Of a DNA stretch of 64,000 bases, positions 1 to 10,283 are shown piece by piece. Source of the DNA: Bacteroidales bacterium (GTDB taxonomy: Bacteria > Bacteroidota > Bacteroidia > Bacteroidales > VadinHA17); assembly GCA_038325595.1 (NCBI GenBank), contig JBBQJD010000003.1, positions 2,528-66,527 of the forward strand. Reading direction: 5' to 3'. The position numbers and the translations under genes are program-made. The notes under the pieces are model-generated. The model did not search any database and was not told where the DNA came from. It saw only the letters and a program-made list of their open reading frames with translations. How positions within the stretch are numbered: position 1 is the stretch's first letter; each line of letters starts with the position of its first letter.

Positions 1-1365
1 TGATACTTCGAACTGGTCATTTGCCCTTTCTTCAAGCTTATAGAGAAGATCGACTGTTCCGTTGGTTATATCGGGAAGAGGAATGGGCTCGATTTTTTCA
101 GGATCAAAATGTCCTATAACACCCAGTTGACGGATGGATCTTAATATATTGCTCTTGCTGAAAAGATCTCCCGGTAAAGTATAGAGCTCACGGCGTGCTA
201 CATGTTCGTTGGTACGGGTATTTCCTTCAATGATAACATTGTTCAGGTAGGCCTGATCACCTTCATAGATTCTTATCTGGAGATCAATTGAATCATTATC
301 AACTTTGGTTTCGACAGGTGTGAGCCTTGAAAAAAGGTATCCGTTATCCTGGTACAGACTGCTAACAGCATCCTGTGCACCAGCCGTTCCATTCAGCCTG
401 TCGCCTATAAGTGACTGATTGTAAACGGTTCCTGTCTTCACATTGAAAAGCCTTTCGAGATCTTCCTTCCTGTAAACACTGTTACCTACCCAGTCAACAT
501 TCCTGAGATAGAACTGCTCTCCCTCATCAATTTTAATAAGCAAGCCCAGGCGGTCTTCCGAGATAGTATAAAGTGAATCGGAAATTATGGTAAAATCCTT
601 GAAACCATTGTCGTTGTAGAAAGTACGCAACTTTTCCTTGTCCTCATCATATTTTACACCTATATATTTTGATGCCCTGAAAAAATTAAGATTCTTTTTC
701 TTTGTGCCTTTCAACTGCTTTCGCAGTTTCTTTTCGGTAAAAAACTCATTCCCCACAAAAGATATTTCCCCGATTTTTACTTTCTCTCTTTTATCGACAT
801 TAATACTAAGAATGACATTGTTTGGGCGGTCCGGATCTTCCTTCTGAACAAAATCGACCTTTGTATTGAAAAAGCCTTTTTCAATAAAATGATCTTTAAT
901 AATCCTTTCAGCAGTATTAAGCAGATAAGCTGTAACCTGCGATCCGACAGGGAGATTGATCTTTTCAGTAAGATCTGTTATCTCGGTCTTCTTTAATCCA
1001 TTCAGTTTTACAGAAGATATCCTTGGTCTTTCCATGAAGAAAATATCAAGGTAAACTGTGTCGGCAACAGTTTTATCGATTGTTATTCTGATATCAGAAA
1101 AAAGTCCCTGCTGCCATAGTTTTTGAACAGCGGTTTTAATTGCATCACCCGGGATTGTTATCTCCTGACCTGTTCTTAAACCTGAGATCCCGATAAGTGC
1201 ATTTGTATCCAGAAATCTAACACCTGTTACAGAAACCCCTCCGATGATATAATCTTCGGGAGACATATAATCAACAATTTCCTGCTTTTCCTGTGCATTC
1301 AGCGAGATACTCAAAAGAACCAGAAATATTGAGATGAATATCCTTTTAATTTTTGTAATAGCCAT
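1..1365 (-). CDS. bamA: Outer membrane protein assembly factor BamA, N-terminal (POTRA) part; CDS continues off the left edge
   Basis: Not in ORF track (open to window edge). Hand translation from ATG at 1365: MAITKIKRIFISIFLVLLSISLNAQEKQEIVDYMSPEDYIIGGVSVTGVRFLDTNALIGISGLRTGQEITIPGD...KLWQQGLFSDIRI. Signal peptide plus POTRA-like repeats; directly downstream of uppS. Confidence 0.8.
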   Translation of the reverse strand, partial: MAITKIKRIFISIFLVLLSISLNAQEKQEIVDYMSPEDYIIGGVSVTGVRFLDTNALIGISGLRTGQEITIPGDAIKTAVQKLWQQGLFSDIRITIDKTVADTVYLDIFFMERPRISSVKLNGLKKTEITDLTEKINLPVGSQVTAYLLNTAERIIKDHFIEKGFFNTKVDFVQKEDPDRPNNVILSINVDKREKVKIGEISFVGNEFFTEKKLRKQLKGTKKKNLNFFRASKYIGVKYDEDKEKLRTFYNDNGFKDFTIISDSLYTISEDRLGLLIKIDEGEQFYLRNVDWVGNSVYRKEDLERLFNVKTGTVYNQSLIGDRLNGTAGAQDAVSSLYQDNGYLFSRLTPVETKVDNDSIDLQIRIYEGDQAYLNNVIIEGNTRTNEHVARRELYTLPGDLFSKSNILRSIRQLGVIGHFDPEKIEPIPLPDITNGTVDLLYKLEERANDQFEVS

Positions 1366-1370
1366 ACTAA

Positions 1371-2117
1371 TCATTTATCCAAAACCTGTTCACTAGTTTT
1401 CCCAAACCTTCTTTCTCTTTTCTGGAAGTCAATTATTGCGGTATAAAGATCCTCCTTACCAAAATCAGGCCAAAGTATATCGGTAAAATATAATTCTGTA
1501 TATGCAAGCTGCCACAAAAGGAAGTTGCTTATTCTTAATTCACCACTGGTTCTGATCATTAATTCAGGATCAGGAATGCCGGAAGTGTTTAAATAACCAG
1601 CAAAATCCTCTTCAGTAATATTTTCAGGATCAACGTTCCCGTTATTTACATCAACTGCAAGTTTTCGGGCAGCTGATGCTATTTCCCACCTTGAACTGTA
1701 ACTCAGCGCAATTATAAGGTTAAGACCATTGCATGAAGATGTGAGGTTGATAGTTTCAAAAAGTTTATCCCTTACATCGTCTGAAAGCCTTCCGATATCT
1801 CCGATAACTTTGAGACTGATATTATTTTTAATCATCGGTTCAGTCTCATTACTAAGCGATTGCACCATAATCTGCATAAGGGCCGAAACTTCTTCATCCG
1901 GCCGCCCCCAATTCTCAGTTGAGAAAGCATAGAGAGTAAGATATTTAATTCCCACTTCAGTTGCAGACTCTATTACTTCCCTTAATGCTTTTACTCCCTG
2001 CTGGTGACCGAATATTCTGTCAAGACCACGCTGACGTGCCCACCTTCCATTTCCATCCATTATTATTGCCACATGAGAAGGCAATTTTTCAGTATTAATC
2101 TGTTCTCTTAACGTCAT
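1371..2117 (-). CDS. uppS: Isoprenyl transferase / undecaprenyl-diphosphate synthase
   Basis: 248 aa; HVAIIMDGNGRWA, LTLYAFSTENW and ELRISNFLLWQLAYTELYF motifs typical of cis-prenyltransferases. Confidence 0.95.
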   Translation of the reverse strand: MTLREQINTEKLPSHVAIIMDGNGRWARQRGLDRIFGHQQGVKALREVIESATEVGIKYLTLYAFSTENWGRPDEEVSALMQIMVQSLSNETEPMIKNNISLKVIGDIGRLSDDVRDKLFETINLTSSCNGLNLIIALSYSSRWEIASAARKLAVDVNNGNVDPENITEEDFAGYLNTSGIPDPELMIRTSGELRISNFLLWQLAYTELYFTDILWPDFGKEDLYTAIIDFQKRERRFGKTSEQVLDK

Positions 2118-2120
2118 ATT

Positions 2121-2798
2121 TTAACGTTTCCTTTTTGAATCTACATCGTTGTAAGCCGGGCACCCGGCTAATTTGCTATAGATTTTCCATGTAAATGATA
2201 TCCCTGCAAATGAATACCAGTCATTGTTGTGAATCCATGCAAAGTCAGATGGAGCAACCAAATCTTTCAAGCCGTCAAAGTTATCATAAAATGTTTTACG
2301 AAAACCATATTCTGCTTCCAATCCCAAATTTTTATAAATATTAACCTTAAACCCAAAGGAAAAGGGTATCACAGGAATGTATGAAAATGTTGTGGTGTTG
2401 ACAAAAGCCAGAGCTGCACCACCAGCTATATAAGGCGTATAGTCCCATCGTTTGCCTCCGGTGGAATACGGGAGGAAGTTAAACTCAAACTGCAATGCCA
2501 GTTCGGCCACTGTACCGGAAAATGAAGCTGCCCTTGATAACTGGAAATCATTATTGAAATCGAGGTCGTTTGCTTTTAATCCTCCATAGAAAACGCTTGC
2601 CCTTAAGGACTGGCGCGGATGGAAATTATGTCTGTACAGGATACCCAACGCAGGCATTGGCGAATATAAAGGCCTCCCGGGATTAATATCACCGATATAT
2701 GATGAAACACCTGCGAAGACTCCATAATCTGAACTTCTCTGACCAGACAGGGAAAAAGGCAGGCATAATACAAAAAAGAGCCAAAGAATTTTTTTCAT
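2121..2798 (-). CDS. Small outer-membrane beta-barrel protein (DUF6089 / PorG-like)
   Basis: 225 aa; signal peptide MKKILWLFFVLCLPFSLSGQ; alternating aromatic/Gly beta-strand pattern; C-terminal aromatic-rich strand. The PorG-like label comes from remembered synteny next to uppS-bamA and is tentative. Confidence 0.5.
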   Translation of the reverse strand: MKKILWLFFVLCLPFSLSGQRSSDYGVFAGVSSYIGDINPGRPLYSPMPALGILYRHNFHPRQSLRASVFYGGLKANDLDFNNDFQLSRAASFSGTVAELALQFEFNFLPYSTGGKRWDYTPYIAGGAALAFVNTTTFSYIPVIPFSFGFKVNIYKNLGLEAEYGFRKTFYDNFDGLKDLVAPSDFAWIHNNDWYSFAGISFTWKIYSKLAGCPAYNDVDSKRKR

Positions 2799-2815
2799 TT
2801 AAGGATCCAACTCAT

Positions 2816-3574
2816 TTATCGTCTGAAGGATGGCATTCCATTTGAACGGGACTTCAGTTTATAAGTAACAGTGAAATTTAAAAAATAATAAACGTCATTT
2901 GAGCTGGAATATTGTGAAGTATAGTTATCAAGGCTGTCAGTAAATGTATATCTTCCCCCTACTTCAAGTCCAAAATTAAGATCAGTTGAATAAATCATTG
3001 TAGTGCCAAATCCGACAGGAATAACCCCTGCAATACCGGTCGGGTCCATCCCCTTCACTGCAAGTGCTTCATTCCTGCTGACAGAGTAACCCACGACACC
3101 TATGCCTGAAAAAAAATAGAAATCGAGAGATTTCATGAATGTTATTAAATTACCCCTTCCTTTATTAAAAAGATAGCTGCTTTCTGCCCTGTTCTTGATA
3201 AAATAATACTCACCAAGAAGTGCGGGTTCAATGATAGACATGGAAGCCTCCATCTGCCTTCCTTCATTTGATCCTCTGTCATCGGTAGCATGCAAAAGCC
3301 CATACGTCAGGCTAAGACGTGCATTCAGATCCTGGGTAAGCCGGTATTTCATATTCAGGTTTATATTAAACCTTGTCTGCTTAAAGGTCAAATCCCTGAT
3401 ACCCAAAACATTATCAGCTTTTGAAAATCCTCCTATATCACCAAAGAAGAATGAAGGTCCGATTCCGGCCACTGCTTCATACCTTTTCATTTTCCAGATC
3501 TGAGCATCAGATTGTGATGAGAAAAATGTTAATGAAAGGCATGAAAATAAAAATATCAATATGGACCGGTTCAT
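2816..3574 (-). CDS. Outer-membrane beta-barrel protein (porin-family fold), function unknown
   Basis: 252 aa; signal peptide; alternating hydrophobic beta-strand pattern; shares a G-x-GDIGG-like opening strand with the downstream 225-aa protein (possible paralogue). Confidence 0.5.
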   Translation of the reverse strand: MNRSILIFLFSCLSLTFFSSQSDAQIWKMKRYEAVAGIGPSFFFGDIGGFSKADNVLGIRDLTFKQTRFNINLNMKYRLTQDLNARLSLTYGLLHATDDRGSNEGRQMEASMSIIEPALLGEYYFIKNRAESSYLFNKGRGNLITFMKSLDFYFFSGIGVVGYSVSRNEALAVKGMDPTGIAGVIPVGFGTTMIYSTDLNFGLEVGGRYTFTDSLDNYTSQYSSSNDVYYFLNFTVTYKLKSRSNGMPSFRR

Positions 3575-3598
3575 AAGAATTTATTTTTGTTGCTTATA

Positions 3599-3606
3599 CA
3601 AATATA
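3599..3606 (-). promoter_or_regulatory. Candidate Bacteroidota -7 promoter box TATATTTG (TAnnTTTG)
   Basis: Plus strand CAAATATA; 24 nt upstream of the ATG at 3574. Confidence 0.45.
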
Positions 3607-3686
3607 ATAATCAATTGAAATTATAAGAGGTAAATTTGCAGATTACTGAGGAATATGAAGGATAACGGAAAAAGATGATCCGAAGT

Positions 3687-4559
3687 TCAATTTCTTTTAT
3701 CAACACCCCACATCAGCTTATTTCTGAGGGTACTGTAAAAATCCGTTCCTTCCAGCATCACTGTCTGAAGTTTTCCCGGAGCTCTTTCTATCCGGATCTC
3801 GTTACTGAATGATAATCGTTTGGATCTGAAGTCACAGGTTGCCAGGTATTCGCAACTTCTTCCTTCAACAACCATCCTGAACCTGCTGTCGCCCGACAGT
3901 ATTATCGGCCTTATATTCAGATTGTGAGGCGCTATCGGAGAAATAATGATACTTTCATCTTCCGGAGACAATATTGGTCCTCCCACGCTCAGATTATAGG
4001 CAGTTGAACCGGTTGCTGTAGAAACAATCAGACCATCGCACCAGTACGTGCTAAGGAATATATCATCAACAAATACATTTATTGTGATCATGCTGAAGTC
4101 AGCTTTCTGGATGGTAATCTCATTCAAGGCTATTGTAGGGTACTCACCCAACAGATCTGCAGGCTTAATTACTTCCAGAAGACTTCTGTCAATTCGTTTA
4201 AATTTATTATTACAAAGCATATCAACGGAATGGGCCAGATCATCAGCAGGTATGTTTGCCAGAAAACCCATGCGTCCGGTATTCACACCTGCAACCGGAA
4301 TCCCCAGGTCCTTCACCATCAGAGCTGTAGCAAGAAATGTACCATCACCGCCCACACTTAAAACAAGATCGGGCATTTTTGAAATCTCTGAAAGGTTGCT
4401 GAAATGTTCGACTTCTCTGTGATTAATTATATTGTTTTCTGCATTATTCCGGATCAGTACTTTGATACCCTTCCTGGTGAACTCATTAATCAGATTACTT
4501 ACCCCTTCCCTGGTTTTTGCATTATTATCCTTGCTGTAAATAGCAACACTTTCGAGCAT
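3687..4559 (-). CDS. nadK: NAD(+) kinase
   Basis: 290 aa; LVLSVGGDGTFL (GGDG motif) and TGSTAYNLSVGGPI motifs. Confidence 0.9.
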   Translation of the reverse strand: MLESVAIYSKDNNAKTREGVSNLINEFTRKGIKVLIRNNAENNIINHREVEHFSNLSEISKMPDLVLSVGGDGTFLATALMVKDLGIPVAGVNTGRMGFLANIPADDLAHSVDMLCNNKFKRIDRSLLEVIKPADLLGEYPTIALNEITIQKADFSMITINVFVDDIFLSTYWCDGLIVSTATGSTAYNLSVGGPILSPEDESIIISPIAPHNLNIRPIILSGDSRFRMVVEGRSCEYLATCDFRSKRLSFSNEIRIERAPGKLQTVMLEGTDFYSTLRNKLMWGVDKRN

Positions 4560-4562
4560 ATT

Positions 4563-5228
4563 TCAAATATTAAGATATTTCATGAGAAGGTCCAGCCTTT
4601 CGGAATAAAAATTATCCATTGAGTCATTGTCGGTTATCCATGTTTTCACCTGGTAATTATAACGTTCGAAGGTTTTGATAACTGATAGAAGGTCTGTCGT
4701 ATTAACCTTAATTGTAACTTCAAACTTAGTTGAATCAGCTGGTGAAGTTACATAAACACTCATTATTTTGACGTTATTGCCTTCAACAATCTGCGCAATC
4801 TGAGAAAGCGAATAATCTCTTTCTATCAGATCAAGCACAATAAGTCCGCCTGGCTGATCAAGTGAAGTAAGACCTGCAAGATGTCTTACCAGGTCAGGGA
4901 TGGTTATCACTCCTTTGAAACGTTTGCCTGCATCGAGTACAGGTACTACGGTTAATCTCAGACGGGAAGCAAGTCCTATCACTTCAAAAATATGCTGATT
5001 TGCATCTACATAAGGTTTAAACAGGTTCAGCTGATGGTTTCCGATTGGCTCTTCAGGCTGATTCATATCGTAAATGTCAGCATCAGAGATAAGCCCGAGA
5101 AAATCCTGGTTATTAACTATAGGGAGGTGCGATATCCTGAAAATTTCCATCCAGTTCAAGGCTGTCTGACCAAGATCGGAGGTTTTCAGGGAAGGGATAA
5201 CTTCTGATATTAAGTCACTGGCGATCAT
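4563..5228 (-). CDS. CBS domain-containing protein
   Basis: 221 aa; tandem CBS-like segments (HLPIVNNQDFLGLISDADI, VVPVLDAGKRFKGVITIPDL); 3 nt from nadK. Confidence 0.75.
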   Translation of the reverse strand: MIASDLISEVIPSLKTSDLGQTALNWMEIFRISHLPIVNNQDFLGLISDADIYDMNQPEEPIGNHQLNLFKPYVDANQHIFEVIGLASRLRLTVVPVLDAGKRFKGVITIPDLVRHLAGLTSLDQPGGLIVLDLIERDYSLSQIAQIVEGNNVKIMSVYVTSPADSTKFEVTIKVNTTDLLSVIKTFERYNYQVKTWITDNDSMDNFYSERLDLLMKYLNI

Positions 5229-5274
5229 ACAGGTTTATTTTTAACTAAAATAGTAAAAAAAAAGGCAGTTATTG

Positions 5275-5282
5275 TATTTTTG
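5275..5282 (+). promoter_or_regulatory. Candidate -7 promoter box TATTTTTG
   Basis: TAnnTTTG match 39 nt upstream of the pdxJ ATG (5321), in a divergent intergenic region. Confidence 0.45.
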
Positions 5283-5320
5283 CTATACTTTTAAACGGAT
5301 AAACCATACATTAAGTAATA

Positions 5321-6034
5321 ATGACAAAGTTAAGCGTAAATATTAACAAAATAGCCACAATCAGGAATGCACGGGGCGGAAATATCCCAAATGTACTGAC
5401 GGCAGCAATAAAATGCCAGATTTTTGGTGCCGACGGGATAACAGTTCATCCGCGGCCTGATGAAAGACATATCCGGTATAAAGATGTACTCGAAATAAGA
5501 CCAATCATAACTACTGAGTTCAATATTGAAGGTTATCCGTCAAAAGAATTTATTAACCTGGTGCTTGCAGTAAAGCCTCATCAGGTAACACTGGTGCCTG
5601 ATGCTCATGATGCAATTACTTCAAATGCAGGCTGGAATACAATGAAGTACAGGGAATTTCTTACTGAAATCGTTTCTGAGTTCAGGAAGGAAGGTATCAG
5701 AACTTCACTTTTTGTCGATACAAACCTCGAGAATATAGAATATGCAGCAATTACAGGCACCGACAGGGTTGAACTTTACACTGAACCATATGCAACGGGC
5801 TTCGACAAGAATGCCGTACAGGCGATCGAACCATTTATCAAAGCTGCGGAAAGTGTGAGAAGTGCAGGCATGGGACTTAATGCAGGACATGATCTCAATC
5901 TTGATAACCTCAGGTATTTTCATCAGAATATTCCATGGATTGAAGAGGTTTCCATTGGTCATGCCCTGATCTCCGATGCACTTTATCTTGGCCTTGAAAA
6001 TGCCATTCAGATGTACAAGAGACAGCTGAGATGA
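5321..6034 (+). CDS. pdxJ: Pyridoxine 5'-phosphate synthase
   Basis: 237 aa; [29 protein letters not shown] and NAGHDLN motifs. Confidence 0.95.
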   Translation: MTKLSVNINKIATIRNARGGNIPNVLTAAIKCQIFGADGITVHPRPDERHIRYKDVLEIRPIITTEFNIEGYPSKEFINLVLAVKPHQVTLVPDAHDAITSNAGWNTMKYREFLTEIVSEFRKEGIRTSLFVDTNLENIEYAAITGTDRVELYTEPYATGFDKNAVQAIEPFIKAAESVRSAGMGLNAGHDLNLDNLRYFHQNIPWIEEVSIGHALISDALYLGLENAIQMYKRQLR

Positions 6035-6047
6035 AACTCTGAATATC

Positions 6048-6842
6048 ATGAAACTTTTTTACAGGAAATATGGAAACGGACCACCTCTGATAATCCTGCA
6101 CGGGCTTTACGGCTCATCCGACAACTGGGCAACAATAGCAAAAAATATCAGCGACAGCTATACTGTATACCTTCCCGATCAGAGGAACCATGGGCAGTCA
6201 CCTCATAGTCAGGTACATGATTACGACGCAATGAGAGATGACATTCATGAACTTGCACTTGATCTGAAACTTGACAGTTTCTTTCTTGCCGGACACAGCA
6301 TGGGTGGAAAAACAGCGATATCGTTCGCACTTAAATGGCCTGAAATGCTCAATGGCCTGATGATTGCAGACATATCACCATTTACCAATGAAAATACAAA
6401 CTTAATTGCTTATAATCAGCATCTTACAATTCTTAATAGCATTCTTTCAGTAGACCTGTCACAGGTTCATACCCGCGATGAAGCAAGAATAGTACTTACT
6501 GAAAAAATTCCTTCAGAAAAGATCAGGGGGTTTATTCTCAAAAACCTTGAGCGAACCCCGGATAATAGTTTTAAATGGAAGATAAATGCTGTTTCGCTCC
6601 TTAATAATCTTGATAAAATAATGGATGGCATAGACCGGACGGCATATTTAAGTCTGAGAATAACCGGATTTCCGGTGATTTTTCTTAAAGGAGCTGAGTC
6701 AGATTATCTTCCTGATAGTGATTTCAGTGATATCCTGAAAGTTTTCCCCGGAGCGGAGTTTGTGAAAATTAAAGGGGGGCACTGGATACATGCTGATAAC
6801 CCGGATGAGGTAATAAAGAATATATTAAAACTGAAGGAATAG
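6048..6842 (+). CDS. Alpha/beta-fold hydrolase
   Basis: 264 aa; PPLIILHGLYGSSDNW, nucleophile elbow GHSMGG, C-terminal GGHWIHADNP. Confidence 0.8.
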   Translation: MKLFYRKYGNGPPLIILHGLYGSSDNWATIAKNISDSYTVYLPDQRNHGQSPHSQVHDYDAMRDDIHELALDLKLDSFFLAGHSMGGKTAISFALKWPEMLNGLMIADISPFTNENTNLIAYNQHLTILNSILSVDLSQVHTRDEARIVLTEKIPSEKIRGFILKNLERTPDNSFKWKINAVSLLNNLDKIMDGIDRTAYLSLRITGFPVIFLKGAESDYLPDSDFSDILKVFPGAEFVKIKGGHWIHADNPDEVIKNILKLKE

Positions 6843-6901
6843 TAAACTCATATAGAAGGACGCATCTGTTTTTTAGTCTCCCAATTCTGCAAAGCGGAAC
6901 A

Positions 6902-7651
6902 TCAGAATCCCCTTAACGGTGCAGGGGGCGAAAATGTCACCGACTCCACTCTGTCATCGTCAATCCCCGGCTTATTCATAAATCGGAGCAGTACCCTTAT
7001 TATTGCCACAACATCTTTCTCACAATACCGTACAATCCTTTCAAGATCATTTTCAACATAATAGATCCCGGCAACCATGCTCCCGTCTATATCATCTTTT
7101 GGACTGGGAATACCAAGCACAGCTGTAAGAAGATTCAGTGAAGTATAGTTCTTATAATCCCCGAATTTCCACAGCTCCATTGTGTCAAGCAGCTTTACAT
7201 CCCAGGGTTTCTTGCCTGCATTATCCAGGATTTCAGGTATGATCATTCCGTGGATAATCATTCTCCTTGCAATAAAAGGAAAATCAAATTCCCTTCCATT
7301 ATGGGCACACAGAACGGCTTCCTGATGCGAATGGCAGAATTTTAACACAAGATCCGAAAAGTCTGTCAGCAATGCTTTTTCATCATTCCCGAAAAATGAT
7401 TTCAGTCTGATCCGTCCGGAATCTTTTTTCCTGATAAGGCCAACCGATATGCAGATGATCTTGCCGAACTCTGAATAAATGCCGGCTCTTTCATACAGCT
7501 CCGAGGCATTTTGCTCTGGCGATCTGATTTGTTTCGATTTCTTATCCCACAGTGTCTGGAATGTTGGATCAAGACTATCAAAGGATTCAGAACCCGGAAC
7601 TGTTTCAATATCGAGAAACAAAACATCTTCTACATTTATATTGTCGAGCAT
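6902..7651 (-). CDS. 3'-5' exonuclease, RNase H-like fold (PolB-exonuclease-related)
   Basis: 249 aa; FLDIETVP (ExoI DxE), HNGREFDFPFI (ExoII), YCEKDV (ExoIII) motifs. Confidence 0.7.
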   Translation of the reverse strand: MLDNINVEDVLFLDIETVPGSESFDSLDPTFQTLWDKKSKQIRSPEQNASELYERAGIYSEFGKIICISVGLIRKKDSGRIRLKSFFGNDEKALLTDFSDLVLKFCHSHQEAVLCAHNGREFDFPFIARRMIIHGMIIPEILDNAGKKPWDVKLLDTMELWKFGDYKNYTSLNLLTAVLGIPSPKDDIDGSMVAGIYYVENDLERIVRYCEKDVVAIIRVLLRFMNKPGIDDDRVESVTFSPPAPLRGF

Positions 7652-7730
7652 AATTGCGATTATTAGTGTTTAATTCAAATTGACTGCAGGAATCATGCAT
7701 ATGACCTTATTGATTTTATTCGTTTGCCCC

Positions 7731-8366
7731 TTACCCCAAAGGGTGCGAAGTATGGTTTTTCAACAAATGTTTTTCGATTATAGATATCAGCACTTCAATA
7801 CCCACCTGGTTTTCCCCACCGCCGGGAATAATCACATCCGCATACCTTTTTGAGGGTTCAATAAACTGGAGATGAGATGGTTTAACAGTTTCATTATATC
7901 TTTCAAGAACGTTCATCACTGATCTTCCACGTTCTACAATATCACGCAGTATAACACGTCCCAGCCTGTCGTCGGCATCCGCATCTACAAAAACTTTGAT
8001 ATCCATTAAATTACGAAGGGCAACATCAGTGAGAATAAGAATTCCTTCAACCAGCACTACCCTGGAAGGCTTGATTTTTATTGTTTCCTCCGATCTGATG
8101 CATGTAAGGTACGAGTAGACAGGCATATCAACTTCTTTACCCAGTTTCAGCTTTTTAAGATGATCGATAAGTAAACTGAATTCAACCGAATCAGGATGAT
8201 CAAAATTAATTTTCTGCCTTTCTTCCAGCGGAATATCTCTGTTATCTTTGTAATAAGAATCCTGTGGTATAACAATAACCTGATCAGTAGTAAAAGCCTC
8301 AATTACCTTCCTTACAACTGTTGTTTTTCCCGAACCGGTTCCTCCTGCAATTCCTACTATCAACAT
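7731..8366 (-). CDS. udk: Uridine kinase
   Basis: Track ORF 7731..8462 trimmed to the internal Met (MLIVGIAGGTGSGKTT, P-loop at the N-terminus). A TAnnTTTG box at 8400-8407 lies inside the discarded extension. Confidence 0.9.
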   Translation of the reverse strand: MLIVGIAGGTGSGKTTVVRKVIEAFTTDQVIVIPQDSYYKDNRDIPLEERQKINFDHPDSVEFSLLIDHLKKLKLGKEVDMPVYSYLTCIRSEETIKIKPSRVVLVEGILILTDVALRNLMDIKVFVDADADDRLGRVILRDIVERGRSVMNVLERYNETVKPSHLQFIEPSKRYADVIIPGGGENQVGIEVLISIIEKHLLKNHTSHPLG

Positions 8367-8399
8367 AAATTTTATACTTTTGCAGTTAAGTTCAATGTT

Positions 8400-8407
8400 C
8401 AAAAATA
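8400..8407 (-). promoter_or_regulatory. Candidate -7 promoter box TATTTTTG
   Basis: Plus strand CAAAAATA; 33 nt upstream of the udk ATG at 8366. Confidence 0.45.
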
Positions 8408-8492
8408 GTAATTTGTAGAATAAAACTGAATTAAAGTTTGAACAACAGAGTTTAAGAAGCAAGATCCTGTAACAAAAAAAATTAAAGATAAT

Positions 8493-9488
8493 ATGGCTGA
8501 ACTATATCCGTTGAAATTTGAACCTATCATTAAAGAAAAGGTCTGGGGAGGTCATGCTCTGGCCACCCGTTATCATAAAGATCAGACAGGTGCTGACAAT
8601 ATAGGTGAGAGCTGGGAAATATCGTCAGTTGCTGATAACCTGTCAGTTGTGAGCAACGGATTTCTTGCCGGAAATAATATTGAAGAGCTCATTGAAGTAT
8701 ATATGGGCGACATCACCGGAGACACTGTCTTTGAACAGTTCGGGAATGAGTTTCCCCTTCTTATCAAGTTCATTGAAGCCAGGGAAGATCTCTCAATCCA
8801 GGTACATCCGGGGAATGAGCTTGCGAGGAAGAGACACAATGCTTATGGCAAAACAGAAATGTGGTATATCCTCGAAAGTGAAAACGGAGCAAAAATATAC
8901 ACAGGATTCAGGGAAGGTGTAACTAAGGATGTATATGAAGCTGCCCAGAGAAACGGAAATATTGCTGATATCCTTAATATTGAAATAATGGAGCCGGGAG
9001 ATGCTTTGTTTACTCCGGCCGGAAGGGTTCATGCCATTGGCGCCGGTATTGTCCTTGTTGAAATTCAACAGACCTCAGATATTACTTATAGAATTTCAGA
9101 CTGGAACAGAACTCCCAACGGCAAGGTTACCAGAGAATTACATACTGACCTGGCAATCGATGCAATTGACTTTTCTGCATCGGGCAAATGCAAGATCAGA
9201 AAGGACCCTGAAATGAATCAGACAGAAGATCTGGTTAATTGTGAATTTTTTAACACTAATCTCCTGATTTTTAATAATGCTATTAATAAGGAATACTATT
9301 CAATTGATTCTTTTGTTATATACATTTGTGTGGAAGGTGAATTTGTAATACGCTGGGAGGAGAATACCGAAACATGTACAAAAGGAGAGACAATCCTTCT
9401 TCCGGCCATGATTAAGGAGGTTACTCTGGAACCTGCAGGTGAAGCACGGATACTCGAGATTTATATCGGCAATGAAAATAAATCATAA
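8493..9488 (+). CDS. manA: Type I phosphomannose isomerase (cupin), catalytic subunit
   Basis: 331 aa; KEKVWGG, ESWEIS, LLIKFIEAREDLSIQVHP, KTEMWYIL and AGRVHAIG motifs. Confidence 0.8.
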   Translation: MAELYPLKFEPIIKEKVWGGHALATRYHKDQTGADNIGESWEISSVADNLSVVSNGFLAGNNIEELIEVYMGDITGDTVFEQFGNEFPLLIKFIEAREDLSIQVHPGNELARKRHNAYGKTEMWYILESENGAKIYTGFREGVTKDVYEAAQRNGNIADILNIEIMEPGDALFTPAGRVHAIGAGIVLVEIQQTSDITYRISDWNRTPNGKVTRELHTDLAIDAIDFSASGKCKIRKDPEMNQTEDLVNCEFFNTNLLIFNNAINKEYYSIDSFVIYICVEGEFVIRWEENTETCTKGETILLPAMIKEVTLEPAGEARILEIYIGNENKS

Positions 9489-9507
9489 CAAATACATTTT
9501 ATTCATT

Positions 9508-10275
9508 ATGAGAGCACTATTTGTCCCTGTTGCAGTAATTGCACTGCTTCTGTATATCGCAGGATGCACAGGTAAAGGAGGAGAGAAAAAAGATCAGCCC
9601 ATTAATGATACAATTTCTGTTCCGGATACCGGTTATACTGGTATCAAGCAATACATGAGCGGTGACATAATTATAAAAGAGGTTACGTTTGAAAATGGTG
9701 TAAGACAAGGGGTGATGAAATCATTTTATCTCGATGGCAGGGTGCGTCAAACGTTCTGGTATGATAATGGATTAAGGGAGGATTCGGCTAAATGGTATTA
9801 TGAAGACGGAAAGATATTCCGCTCCACACCATATAAAAATGACACAATCGACGGCATTCAGAAGCAGTATTACAAGAATGGCCGGTTGAAAGCCAGGCTG
9901 GAATATAAAAAAGGATACCGCACACTCTTATTTGAGGAGTATACACCTGACGGCAAACTTGTCGGAGAATACCCTGAACTGGTTGTCAGTACACGTGATG
10001 AATACAAGACAAACGGCACATACAGGATCACTCTGTCACGTTCAGATAAATCTACAAAGGTCAAATTTTACAGGGGAGATCTGACAAATGGTGTTTATGA
10101 TACTACAAAGGTCACAAATATAAAGACCGTGAATGGAGTTGGCTACCTGATTCTTAAAAAAAGCGGATCAAAGCAGTCAGATCATGTGGGAGTGATAGCT
10201 GAAATCCTCACCGGTTTCGGAAATAACCAGCTTGTTTACAAAAAGATCGACCTTCCCCATAACGATATTAAATAG
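9508..10275 (+). CDS. MORN-repeat-variant / YwqK-family lipoprotein
   Basis: Track ORF 9439..10275 trimmed to MRALFVPVAVIALLLYIAGC (lipobox). Repeated G-x-x-x-Y-Y-x-x-G modules (WYDNGLRED..WYYEDGKIF..YYKNGRLK). Confidence 0.65.
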   Translation: MRALFVPVAVIALLLYIAGCTGKGGEKKDQPINDTISVPDTGYTGIKQYMSGDIIIKEVTFENGVRQGVMKSFYLDGRVRQTFWYDNGLREDSAKWYYEDGKIFRSTPYKNDTIDGIQKQYYKNGRLKARLEYKKGYRTLLFEEYTPDGKLVGEYPELVVSTRDEYKTNGTYRITLSRSDKSTKVKFYRGDLTNGVYDTTKVTNIKTVNGVGYLILKKSGSKQSDHVGVIAEILTGFGNNQLVYKKIDLPHNDIK

Positions 10276-10283
10276 AAGTTTAT

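Noticed and set aside
7731-8462. N-terminal extensions of several track ORFs (udk, the YwqK-like gene, the Tyr-rich gene, the UbiD-family gene, eno, rpoA, rpsN, rplX, rpsC)
   Set aside because: The extensions precede the conserved family N-termini, overlap upstream genes or promoter boxes, and have implausible sequence. Internal Met starts were used instead.
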